Assembly: GCF_902459465.1 (NCBI RefSeq)
Contig: NC_047069.1
Location: 8,928,001 to 8,992,000, forward strand
Source: Asterias rubens
Lineage: Eukaryota
Length of the DNA: 64,000 bases
Reading direction: 5' to 3'
The translations under genes were made by a program, and so were the position numbers. This document shows, piece by piece, positions 12,601 to 22,434 of the stretch; position 1 is the stretch's first letter, and the number at the start of each line of letters is the position of its first letter. Below the pieces are notes generated by a model, which worked only from the letters and a program-made list of their open reading frames with translations, did no database searches and had not been told where the DNA came from.

Positions 12601-13186
12601 ACCCATACATAGGCCATAGTACCCAGCCATACACGATGTACTTTACTTTAGTCAAAGTATAATTTATTGCGGAAAAGTTTCCGTATGGCGCCACGACTCT
12701 TTCATTCGGTATGAAATAATATAGGAACTTATTTACCTGATTGATATATCCCTTTTTGTAAAAATGAGTGAAAAAGTGTTGGCGCCATACGGAAAGTTAT
12801 CCTTTATTGCTCCATGTTAAAACCTAGCCAACCTAGCCCACCTTGTTGAGCTGTAAATGGCTCTCTATTATAAAATTTAACATCGGTCTCATCACTGTGC
12901 TAAAACCATGCAAATAAAACAACAATGGATGGAAGAACCATCTACAAGTACAATGGATGGATGTAGCTAACCTACCTGCACATGCAGTGTCTCCCCAAAA
13001 ACCGGACGCATATCCAATTCTTACAGTTTTATCTCCTAAAACATCGCTAAACTTGCGAACACTATGTTGAAGGATACATGGTGGACAATATTTGTTGATA
13101 AATTGCTTGTAACTTTGTCTAGAATACGCAAATCTACAAACAGATTTTGCTCCAGGGCAAGATTTCCGAAGTAAGGAGGCTGCCAT
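550..13186 (-). CDS. AtuA-family protein (acyclic terpene utilisation family, formerly DUF1446), 16 exons, 653 aa, probable mitochondrial presequence
   Basis: Exons 12976-13186, 11646-11746, 11111-11311, 10550-10638, 9940-10039, 9235-9356, 8740-8936, 6750-6814, 5950-6056, 4698-4900, 4258-4297, 4037-4088, 3182-3371, 2161-2278, 800-890 and 550-624 join through GT-AG introns into 1962 nt with no internal stop. AtuA-family motifs: [98 protein letters not shown]. Confidence 0.93.
800..890 (-). CDS. AtuA-like exon 15 ([30 protein letters not shown])
   Basis: gacag| acceptor, |gtaaac donor. Confidence 0.9.
1897..2041. mobile_element. Short MITE (ggagactttc...taggtggcagcagactta); second copy at about 14452-14595
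   Basis: Inverted ends and two dispersed copies. Confidence 0.75.
2161..2278 (-). CDS. AtuA-like exon 14 ([18 protein letters not shown]...)
   Basis: cacag| acceptor, |gtaaac donor. Confidence 0.9.
2623..2991 (+). mobile_element. tRNA-derived SINE, tail type A
   Basis: A-box gtggctgagtgg, B-box gggttcgaatccc, core gtgtccctgagcaagacacttaac, (TTA)n tail, TSD tatcaggg; copies at 10113-10443 (-) and 53541-53901 (+). Confidence 0.88.
3182..3371 (-). CDS. AtuA-like exon 13 (S/E-rich linker + [11 protein letters not shown])
   Basis: cttacag| acceptor, |gtagag donor. Confidence 0.9.
4037..4088 (-). CDS. AtuA-like exon 12 ([17 protein letters not shown])
   Basis: cttccag| acceptor, |gtaaaa donor. 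Confidence 0.88.
4258..4297 (-). CDS. AtuA-like exon 11 ([14 protein letters not shown]), 40 nt
   Basis: ttcacag| acceptor, |gtaagt donor. Confidence 0.88.
4698..4900 (-). CDS. AtuA-like exon 10 (TRTIFKQL...[10 protein letters not shown])
   Basis: gcacag| acceptor, |gtatgc donor; matches ORF 4639..4908. Confidence 0.92.
4957..5319. mobile_element. MITE subfamily (TIR TAAAGCCATTGGACACTTT) sharing interior with 24994-25377
   Basis: TIR pair aaagccattggacactt / aagtgtccaatggcttt. Confidence 0.75.
5950..6056 (-). CDS. AtuA-like exon 9 ([10 protein letters not shown]...[14 protein letters not shown])
   Basis: gtag| acceptor, |gtactc donor. Confidence 0.9.
6750..6814 (-). CDS. AtuA-like exon 8 ([21 protein letters not shown])
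   Basis: tttttcaacag| acceptor, |gtattc donor. Confidence 0.88.
6840..8221 (+). mobile_element. Non-autonomous Helitron, 1382 bp
   Basis: 5' A|TCTATAATATAAAAG, 3' hairpin ctagcgggg...gcgcgaagcgc...cccgCTAG|T, inserted between A and T with no TSD; purine-skewed interior of about 300-bp diverged units. Confidence 0.85.
8740..8936 (-). CDS. AtuA-like exon 7 ([10 protein letters not shown]...[18 protein letters not shown])
   Basis: ctacag| acceptor, |gtgaga donor. Confidence 0.92.
9235..9356 (-). CDS. AtuA-like exon 6 (FGW...[20 protein letters not shown])
   Basis: tttgtag| acceptor, |gtatgt donor. Confidence 0.92.
9465..9628. mobile_element. Palindromic Tourist-like MITE
   Basis: ggccaagacacacaggccc...gggcctgtgtgacttggcc; fold-back over almost the whole length. 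Confidence 0.75.
9940..10039 (-). CDS. AtuA-like exon 5 ([33 protein letters not shown])
   Basis: gacag| acceptor, |gtaagt donor. Confidence 0.92.
10113..10443 (-). mobile_element. tRNA-derived SINE, tail type A
   Basis: Reverse-complement match to 2623-2991. Confidence 0.85.
10550..10638 (-). CDS. AtuA-like exon 4 (...SMNAYLG)
   Basis: tttgcag| acceptor, |gtgaga donor. Confidence 0.9.
11111..11311 (-). CDS. AtuA-like exon 3 (DLGYAPDF...SNAGGVNP...TGDDLMHK)
   Basis: ttgcag| acceptor, |gtacta donor; matches ORF 11099..11317. Confidence 0.93.
11646..11746 (-). CDS. AtuA-like exon 2 ([26 protein letters not shown])
   Basis: ttttctag| acceptor, |gtaagt donor. Confidence 0.93.
12671..12802. 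mobile_element. MITE (TIR gtttccgtatggcgcca); inverted copy at 18441-18567 and a disrupted copy at about 11980-12290
   Basis: TIRs; copies in intron 1 of both the AtuA-like gene and RFC3. Confidence 0.8.
12976..13186 (-). CDS. AtuA-like exon 1 (presequence + [11 protein letters not shown])
   Basis: ATG at 13186; donor G|GTAGG; phase 1. Confidence 0.88.
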
Positions 13187-13218
13187 TATTATTGTTGACG
13201 TGAGGATCGATTTATTTA

Positions 13219-16200
13219 GAGCGTTTTCGAATCGAAGGCTCAGGCTTGAGGCTTGAGGCTTGGGATTTTCAGGCTCCGGCTCAGTGAGGCTCAGGCTTCA
13301 CAATAAACAACATGGCGACGAAATTGTTTCGAACACTTCGGCTTCACGGACGGCGGGATTAGGCTTCATGTGGCCCTCGTGGTGGATCATGGGGGAAATA
13401 ATAATGCACGAGAACAAACGTGCGTCGTCTGCTTTTTGTGTGTGAGGCATTTATTTAATGATTGTATAACAAAACAAAAAATAACACCACCACAAAACAC
13501 ATAATCATACCATTTGTATTGTAACAAACGCATATTTGCTCATATTTGCTTTCTGATGGTTTAATATTGTAAAAATACCTCAATAACTTAGAGCAGCCCA
13601 CTTTTTAGCTTCACTTGATTGTAAAATGACTTATTTTAGTGAAAGCCAACAAATGATGGTTGTTTTCATCAACAACGAAACGGACCAAAAATGTTCTGAA
13701 AACATAGCTTTATTTTGTTGTAATATATGTCAACAACATGCCTTGCATTGAAACTGGAAAGCAGGGAAATTTCGAAAGGTATGTTCTGTTATTTGAAAAC
13801 TATAGTATTCTTTTAGAATAAAAATAACATTACTCTGACTATCAAGTAAAAACTGCATACAAGCTATACTGCACTACAATGAAAACTTTATTTTATCATA
13901 AATTGAGTTACTTTTAAACAAAAGAAGTATCAATTTACAGCAATTGATTGTTTAAATAACTTTTTTTAAGATTACAAAGACGGTGCTAATAAATAATTGT
14001 TTGTGTTCTCCCATGAGGCTGGGAAAATGTTAGGTTACTTAACAACTTTTAAGTTCATTGCAATTATGATGATCTCCACTTTAAAGTCAAGAAACATGAT
14101 TATTTCGTCAACTGTTAGGTTAGTATTTCGGAATTGTCAAGTTTTTTCTAATTGTATTTTCAGCTGTAGAATAGTTGCTAGCAAAAAATTGCAAATAAGG
14201 ACAGGTCAGCTTGCTTTATGTTACTTTACAGAGTTAGAATTGAGCTTTATATCTTTATCGACACTGGTGAAGTTTCTTCTGCTTAATCACCAGTGATGTT
14301 TCCTCTACTGATGACTAAGCCTGAGCGACTAGTGTGACAGACAAGTGTCGAAGTGGAGACTATTGATTGCCTTGTCGAGTTACAAATACCATTTTTCAAC
14401 TACTCACGTTACTCGACGTGCTACCATGACTACTACAAAAACAGTCACGACTAGGAAACTTTCTAGGACGATAGGTGGCAGCAGACTTACCGGGTAAAGC
14501 CATGTTCGCAGAATTATGTGCAAGCTCATAACTACGTAAACAATGGAAGTTTACCCGGTAAGTCTGCTGCCACCTAGCGTTGGAAAGTCTCCCATTGTGT
14601 CGCTCTTGCCTATTCCCTACAACTTCAATCCTTTTAGCACAAATTTTACTTGATTGGGCCTGCGGCAAAGAATTTGCCGCAATGTATCTTAGGAGTTTAA
14701 AATAGTCACAACTAGTGTCAAAGTCGTGACTACAATGTTTTTGACACTAGATGAGTAGTAAACTTCACTTGTTGCCCAGGCCTACTGGTGACATCTTATA
14801 TTGTTCTGAAATGAACTAACAGGTCTTTCGCTTTGATGCGGAACTGGCTAGCACATGTTACGCTTCTCACATTGATGCTTTTCTGCAGATCCTTGTAACT
14901 GAAATGAGAAGAAGATACAATCTTATGAGTATGATCAAATAGTCAATGCTTGAGTAGGATCAAATAATCAATGCTTGAGTATAATAAAATAATCAATGCT
15001 TGAGTACATGTATGATCAAATAATCAATGCAGCCCTCAACATTATAAATTGCAAAATTATAGCATTATCATACCATTTGGGTGATCATTGTACAATGTAT
15101 CTAAACAAAATTTATTTTTAGCTCTTGGGATTTAATGTTGGTTTAGAGAGTTTACTTTCTATTACCCCCCCCCCCCTTAGATATAAAAAACAAAGGTTAA
15201 CATTCAAGAGGGGATTGACTTGGAAGTCTCTCGAACTCCAGATCACCACTGATTATCGGAAACATCTCAAAAGGATGTCGGGTTAGCCTTGCTAAGCCTT
15301 GCTAAGGCAGTCAAATTGTCACTCCGAAAAAAACGCAACTACCGTATACATTGTACACTGAGCGTAAAATTAACCACATCCGGCACATCGCACGACACGA
15401 CGCCCCCGTACACAGCCTCCGCATGCGGTTAGTGGTACGAGTGCGGATTACTTCAGCAATGTGACAGTGTATACGGGTGGGTCGTGCGGTGTGATTACTA
15501 CGCACAGTGTATACGGGTGGGTTTAGACCGTCGTCTTTTTCTGAGTGAATAATACCACAGCCTTGATATTATAGTATTCATTTTGGTTTTAACCCATAAA
15601 CACCGATGTGGTGTTTGCACTATATACTCAATACTTACCGGAGTAAAAACCAAACTGAATACTCGTAACCTGGTGCAATTTTAATATCATTTGCAGTTCC
15701 GGCTGCTAAAATTTAGGATTCAAACTGCCTCAGCTACTGGGCAAACTCGGTGGTCTAGTTTAGCATGAAACTGCTCTAGAATTGCAAAGTTTGTGGGTTC
15801 GAATCCCACCTGAGTAATTTGCCTGTGATTTTTGTTTTCACAAAACTCAGGTAAGTAGTGAGTATACAGTGCTTATATAACACACATTGGTGTATATGGG
15901 TAAAAACCAATTTTGGGATTCATACCGTACCTGACAGATATGGGCAGTGTTCAAGTATCCTTTTGCCCCTATTAGACTTGAACCTCGGCCGGGTGGTTTT
16001 CCTCACACCAAAGTCACTCTTCCAAATCTACATTGTACAATGAAAGTTAATACAAGTAAGAATGTTGATGAATGCCAGTCCTCTTCTACAAAAAAGTTGG
16101 AATCCTTAGTCCACAAGCAAAAGGTGTTTTTCTAGCAAAGTCCCCCCCCCCATCTCAACACCCAACCCATACTTATATAGCCTCTGCTTAATAAGTTGAT

Positions 16201-17181
16201 GCAGGTGTACATGTATCATCATTCATTCATTCATGGCTAATATTTAAATTTATGTAATCATGTAACCTTTTTTTTTTAGTTGCCAAGAAATGTATTTCCC
16301 TTCAGAAAACTCAAATAAATTACTACCCGGTACATCAGTCAGAAGTAAACAATATGAAATATTATTATTAAAAAAGTAGGCCTACAACAAAAACATTCTT
16401 GAAAAAAAGGAACAAAGCGAAATATTATTCATAAGTAACAAGAGTGTTCAATGTAATGTTTATATAAAATAATCGGTTCAGCTTAAACGAAACCGCAAGA
16501 TTTATAACTAATAATATCACTATCCAGCTCTCGGCCTTGGGATTATAAAAAATAATAAACAACTGTCGTTTTTAATCAGCAGACAAGGAATTTTAATTTT
16601 CTGCCAACGAAAAATAAACCATAACCAAGTTAAGAAGACAGGCCCTACTTTCACAAATATTATCCTGTCAAATAATTCCCGCATGTAGCTTATCTTCATC
16701 AGTAAATGTTGAGAATAAAACCAAAAGACAATTTTCACGAATTAGATGCAGCACTAAGTTTATGGGCACACGTCATGTTTAACGCGAAGTAAATTATCAT
16801 ACAAATTTACATTATATATCAAAACTTACCTTAATATCATTGATGCAAATTGTTCGCCTTCTCATGGGTGATATATCAGGTGAAGACTGTTGTTATTAAT
16901 AGTAAAACACAATCAAAAGAGCCAAATTTGTCAATTTTATTGAACGGTAACCGAGGATTTTAATGGCTGCCGCAAGAAAAAGATTTATCATCACGAATCT
17001 GACGTCATGAAGCCTGGCGAAGCCACCTCTTGAGGAGGCTTCGCCTGGCGCTGTTTTCAGCCAAAATCGAAGCCTCAAATTCGAAGCCCGATCCGGAGCC
17101 TCCGATTCGTACGCGGCTTCAAAATGGCTGCATCAGTCTGAAGCCCAAGCCTGAGCCTGAGCCTTCGATTCGAAAACGCTC
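13219..17181. mobile_element. PIF/Harbinger-type non-autonomous DNA transposon, 3963 bp
   Basis: 28-bp perfect TIR GAGCGTTTTCGAATCGAAGGCTCAGGCT; TTA on both flanks (13216-18, 17182-84); subterminal GAGGCT/AGCCT motif arrays; no intact transposase seen; nested MITEs and a tRNA-like repeat inside. Confidence 0.9.
14927..15030. repeat. 25-bp x4 tandem repeat inside the Harbinger element
   Basis: gagtatgatcaaataatcaatgctt units. Confidence 0.85.
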
Positions 17182-17184
17182 TTA

Positions 17185-17482
17185 GTTAACGGTCTCCTTA
17201 AATACCGCCCCCTAGAGATTGAGTTAGTTTAGTTTAGTTTTAGGACGTCGTACGCGGCGCGCAAGATCAATCTCGTTCCAGCCTCGCTCTATTCAAACAA
17301 GGGTTCGAGCAGCTCAACACCCCGTCAAATATGAGGTCGAAGTTGCCAATTGACATGTTCTACACGTTCGATAACTAAAACCCTGTAAACCCCGCGAAAT
17401 CTGGAACTGTAGTCAGTGAGTAGTTCATGTCTGTGGTTCCAACAAGTGGTTCTAACTTCGAAAGACCCTTCAAAAAGTCATA
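17185..17482. promoter_or_regulatory. RFC3 promoter/5' UTR (CpG-rich, E2F-like TTTCGCGG on the minus strand at 17392-17399); likely the ancestral bidirectional promoter
   Basis: CpG-dense gacgtcgtacgcggcgcgcaa; E2F sites are typical of replication genes (established knowledge). Confidence 0.5.
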
Positions 17483-17569
17483 ATGAGTTTGTGGGTTGAT
17501 AAATACCGTCCGACATCGCTTTCTAAACTCGATTTTCACAAGGATCAAGCAGCAAACCTCAGAAAACTG
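17483..17569 (+). CDS. RFC3: RFC3 exon 1 ([10 protein letters not shown]...NLRKL)
   Basis: 87 nt, |gtaagt donor; missed by the ORF track. Confidence 0.93.
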
Positions 17570-20500
17570 GTAAGTATTGATTTAAAAGTGTGAGCTGCTG
17601 TAGTTGCGATAATCGTAACCCTCCATCCTCCCGACGGTCGGAGACCGGAGGGTTACGACACAAGACTGATATTATCGGTGTAACTAGCAGTTTTGACCAG
17701 TTTTTGCCAGACTCGTGATCAGATTCGTCCTTTTTTTCCACTTTCCAAATTCATGACAGACATTCTAAACACATGGAGTTGATCTTTATTGTATGACAAC
17801 GTCATCTGGAACCCTTAAAACAACATCATGAAAATATTTGGCAGAAAAAACGACAAAAACTTACCAAAAGACTGACCGAATATATCCATAATCCATAGCG
17901 GGACAATAATATTAATAATAAATATTAAATATAAACAATAACATTAACAAACATCATTTATAATCAATTATAGTGGAGACGATAGTGGAACGAACCTCAT
18001 CATAGTTCAAGGTCGGAGTACCCCGTGAGCTAGACCGGAGGGGGGCGGGGGAGGCAGTAACTGGGGCGCTGTACTCCTTTTTCCGAAATTTGTCATTGTT
18101 GGTCGCGACCGATAAAACTAGGGCTAGACTAGACTAGAGACCGATAATGACAAATTTTGAAAAAAAAGGAGTATATTATAATAGCGCCCCAGTGCAAGTG
18201 CAATGTTTTATTCAAAGCAAACGTTTCCCATTTTCACCAAGTCAACATTTGAAGATCCATGACCATGTATTTGTTTGTATTGAAAATTACACACAGTGAG
18301 GTATCGTTTTTTTAGTTAAATAACACAAGGCCAGCCATCACCACTGGACTTGTTCGGTTGCAAGTTTATTGGCCTGTTTCAGTATTCAGTAAAATGACTG
18401 GCCTTGGACCTGCAGTCCAGTAGATTAATTGATAACCTCAGGGTTTCCGTATGGCGCCACCACTTTTTCACTCAGTTTTACAAAAAGGGATATATCAATC
18501 AGGTAAATAAGTTCCTATATTATTTTATATCGAATGAAAAAGTGGTGGCGCCATACGGAAACTTTCCGTTTTTTTTACCTCCCCCCATGTTGTGTTGTAG
18601 AACATCAGATTCTCTATTTCACTTGCAAAAAAAAAAATATTACCAAATTTATTTTGGAAATAACATTTCTTTTAACTGTCGGAGTGTCTCTATTCTGTCT
18701 TATGAAGGTACAAGGAGGAGACTTTCCTCATCTGCTGATCTATGGCCCATCAGGAGCAGGCAAGAAGACAAGAATCATGTGCACTCTCAGGGAGCTGTAT
18801 GGATCAGGTGTTGAAAAACTACGCATTGAACATCAGAGCTTCACAGTAAGAGTTAGAGGCTAATGTTAGATTTGAATGTTGTCTGGTACAATGACGTGCT
18901 TGATCACAAGTCACCACTTAAGTGAATTCAAACTTGAATTCCTCAGACTACCTAGAAAGTTGCTTTGTCACATGATTTGGGAAAGCTTTTACGAAGTCGC
19001 GTAAGAGACAGACAGTGAAGAATTCTGAATGGATGTGTATGGCGCAACAATACCAGGGTCTGCTCATCTGGCGGTTGCTATACAAAAGCTTGTCCCGAAT
19101 CATGTGACATAGCAACTGTCTCTGTAGTCTGAGGAATTCAAATGTAAGCAGTGGCTTGGCATTATTCAAGTCTAACTCACAAGTTAATGTCTTATTTGCA
19201 GCTACTACCACGGCTATTTCAATTTCCAAGAGCATTGCTAAGAACATCCTATACCAATGCATGATTCAGACATGGCCAGAAAGTCATCTTTGTGTACGGA
19301 TGAAGAATCAAACTGCCAATCATTGAACTAAAACAAAATCTTATTATCTGTATACGAAAAAATTCTGGTCACAACAAATGAAACTTAACAGTCAGTGCTG
19401 TCAAATACAAAAGATTTTCCTTACAGACAATATTGTACACATGAAAAATGCAATCCTATAAAATGTAAAAGTAGAAAATGGAATGAGTGATTAAATTAAT
19501 ATTGATCATATTTAAATCAATAGACCAAATTTACCATTTCGGTAAGCGTATTTTCTGCACAGTTTTATCACAAATTCTTGCTTTGTTTCCAATTCTTAGA
19601 CTCCATCCAAAAAGAAGATTGAGGTATCAACAATAGCAAGCAACTATCATATCGAGGTTAATCCCAGGTTAGTATTAAAAACACATAACACCGATCCATT
19701 AAAAGCTCAAGCCCATACTGTATGGACAAATGTCAGTGTTGTTGTCGAGTACTTATCAGTTGGGTATCAAGTAATACCGAGTTCTAGGGTGGCCAAGTAG
19801 TACTCGAGTACATGTACTGGGCCATCGAGTATGAGTACAATTGTCTGAGTATTTTGCTACCGAGTAACAAGTCACAACAGATGGGTACATGCAGTGGGTT
19901 GGCTTGATGTATGGAGGGATGCATGTTTCATCTTGGGGTCTGTCTTCGGCTTATTTTGAAGATTTGTGCTTTCGGTAAACAGCTTCAAACAGGCTGTAAG
20001 CCGGAGCCTTAGCATTTAAGCCAGAGCAACAGCTGTGGTTTCCATTTTCTTTTTTACACATCCAACAGCTAAACTAGCAAAAATAACAGGATTATTTCGG
20101 AAACAAGAAGAAAAGTTTAGTGTTAGATGTGGGTGGAAAACCCCAATGACGAAAACTTGGCAATCAGGTAGCTGGACTGAAAACTGAATCCTTGTACGAG
20201 GCTCTGGTCTGAGGTTGGATTCGAACAGAGGTCCAAAGGTTAAAGGCAGGGAAAGAAACCACTGAGCCAACCTGATCCTGGAAAGTACCTGGAAAGTACC
20301 TGGACTGACAATTTTTTTTAAATGTTTGCGTTCTTGTGTTTTGTAGTGACGTAGGGATTTATGATCGAGTTGTCATTCAAGAACTTTTGAAGACAGTGGC
20401 ACAGACACAACAGCTAGACTCTTCAACACAGAAAGATTTCAAAGGTAAAAAAAAGCACCGCCCATATGTATCAAATTTTGTGCAACATCCCACATTTGTA

Positions 20501-22434
20501 GGATTTGAAACGTTGCATGGTGGAAATCTCACACAGGCTTTATGGATGATGTGCAGCTAAACGGACCATGACTAGTGCGGGTGCATAGTACGTCATCTTT
20601 GTTTTGACTTCCATTGACGTGCAATTATTCTGAAGGATTGTGATGAATGTTATAACATGCTTTGGGACAATTCCAACATGTCTCTGTCTGGTTTACATTG
20701 CAGTGGTTGTGCTGACAGAAGTTGACCGCTTGACCAAAGATGCACAGCATGCACTGAGACGTACAATGGAGAAGTACATGGCCACATGTCGCCTCATTCT
20801 GTGCTGTAACTCCACCAGTAAAGTCATCCCGGCTATTCGCAGTAGATGTCTAGGAATAAGAGTGGCAGCGCCCTCTGTTGATGAGGTGAGTCAAATGGAC
20901 TTTGATAATTGCAACGTAAAGCTATTCTGTGATGTCGGCTTTATATTCATGCAAGGAAACTGGTTAAAAATGACATATGGAAGCTTACAACTTAGGCAGT
21001 TTGGTGAGATTACAAACTTTGCAGTGCACATAGTTTTAAGTCTATAAATTCATTGACATGTTTTTCTTGCAACTTGTAGATTTGTCAGATTCTTCAGACA
21101 ACTTGTCGTAAGGAGGGTCTGACCCTGCCTGCCCAGCTTGGCAAACGCATCGCTGAGAAATCAGACAGGAACCTCAGAAGGTCATTACTGATGTGTGAGG
21201 CGTGCAAAGTGCAGCAGTAAGTAAATGCATTTGATCAGATTTTTCAACGTGAAGTAACATTGGGTTTTTTGGAACGAGATGTGTTTTGATCAGCCCTTCT
21301 ACTTTTGTACCATTCAATATCGTCCACATGGTTTTCAATGATAAATAAACCATCCAGCCTGCCTGGAATGTAATTACATGTGGTGGATGCATCTACACAG
21401 TATAGTTCTGTGCTTAGTTGTGCCACCATACACTACCTGTGGCTTCTGATTGTTGGTAATAACGGAAAGTTATACTCCAAGAATGGAAGGGTTATTTATT
21501 CAAGTGTGCCAGTGCAGGTGAACTAATGCTCAATAGCACAGTCTGTGCTAAGACAAAGAGGAGACTGTGACTACATTTTCTGGATTATTACATTTTAAAT
21601 ATTTATACAATCACACCCTTGATATGTTTCCCAGGTATCCCTTCAGCGAGAACCAGGAGATACCAGTTCCCGATTGGGAAGTATTCTTGCGTGAGACAGC
21701 CAATGCAATCGTCCAAGAGCAGACACCACAACGCCTGATGCAGGTCAGAGGTCAATTGTATGAGCTTCTAACCCATTGCATTCCACCTGACATCATCATG
21801 AAGGTAAGGCACAAAGAGTCTGGACATTTTACATATAAATCATGGGAAAAGGGAGATTTCAGGCATGAATTCCAGTACAGTCTGTCCCTCTGCGAATCGG
21901 GGTACTTAAGTAGACCACAGTACAGTAAGTGCATGAATGTGCATGCTACACAATGGAATGGGGGTCTAGAAGATGTCAGCGCCCAATTCCATAGAGCTGC
22001 TTAAGCAGAAATAGCAACTCGGCATAAAAACAGTTTACGCCCGATTTAGGTTACCTGCCAAAATACCATGTCACTTACATCATTTGTGACTGGTATCCTG
22101 CTCATTTTTAGTAAGCATACATTTGTTAAGCAATATTTCTGCTTAAACAGCTCTGTAAACTTGATAGAGTTGCAGACAACATTTACCACTTGCTATCATC
22201 TCTTTGTACTCAATACTTGATATTTACTCATTTTTATTCCAGGGCCTTTTAAAAGAGCTGATAAGTAATTGTGATGGGCAGCTCAAGTCCGAGATCACTC
22301 AGGTTGCGTCCTTCTATGAGCATCGCCTTCAGCTCGGCTCCAAACCCATCTATCATCTGGAAGCATTCGTTGCTAAATTCATGAGCATCTACAAACGCTT
22401 CCTGGAAGAAGGATTTGATGATATGGCATTTTGA
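17483..22434 (+). CDS. RFC3: Replication factor C subunit 3 (clamp loader small subunit), 8 exons, 356 aa
   Basis: Exons 17483-17569, 18708-18845, 19600-19667, 20347-20444, 20704-20885, 21080-21216, 21635-21803 and 22243-22434 total 1071 nt. [10 protein letters not shown] start, GPSGAGKKT Walker A, EVDRL Walker-B-like, SRC motif (IRSRCL), [12 protein letters not shown]-terminus. Confidence 0.97.
18441..18567. mobile_element. MITE, same family as 12671-12802
   Basis: Near-identical in reverse orientation. Confidence 0.8.
18708..18845 (+). CDS. RFC3: RFC3 exon 2 (Walker A)
   Basis: 138 nt, aag| acceptor, |gtaaga donor. Confidence 0.95.
19600..19667 (+). CDS. RFC3: RFC3 exon 3 ([22 protein letters not shown])
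   Basis: 68 nt, ttcttag| acceptor, |gttagt donor. Confidence 0.95.
20347..20444 (+). CDS. RFC3: RFC3 exon 4
   Basis: 98 nt, [15 protein letters not shown]. Confidence 0.95.
20704..20885 (+). CDS. RFC3: RFC3 exon 5
   Basis: 182 nt, [24 protein letters not shown]...IRSRCL. Confidence 0.95.
21080..21216 (+). CDS. RFC3: RFC3 exon 6
   Basis: 137 nt, [14 protein letters not shown]...[16 protein letters not shown]. Confidence 0.95.
21635..21803 (+). CDS. RFC3: RFC3 exon 7
   Basis: 169 nt, YPFSENQ...[15 protein letters not shown]. Confidence 0.95.
22243..22434 (+). CDS. RFC3: RFC3 exon 8 (terminal)
   Basis: 192 nt ending in TGA; AATAAA follows at about 22439. Confidence 0.95.
   Translation, partial: GLLKELISNCDGQLKSEITQVASFYEHRLQLGSKPIYHLEAFVAKFMSIYKRFLEEGFDDMAF

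Noticed and set aside
550-13186. Recent horizontal transfer or bacterial contamination for the AtuA-like gene
   Set aside because: Fifteen canonical spliceosomal introns filled with host repeats, plus a targeting extension.
16830-16865. Transposase or Myb gene starting MRRRTICINDIK inside the Harbinger element
   Set aside because: I found no downstream exon giving a stop-free, recognisable DDE or SANT/Myb sequence; the element is treated as non-autonomous.
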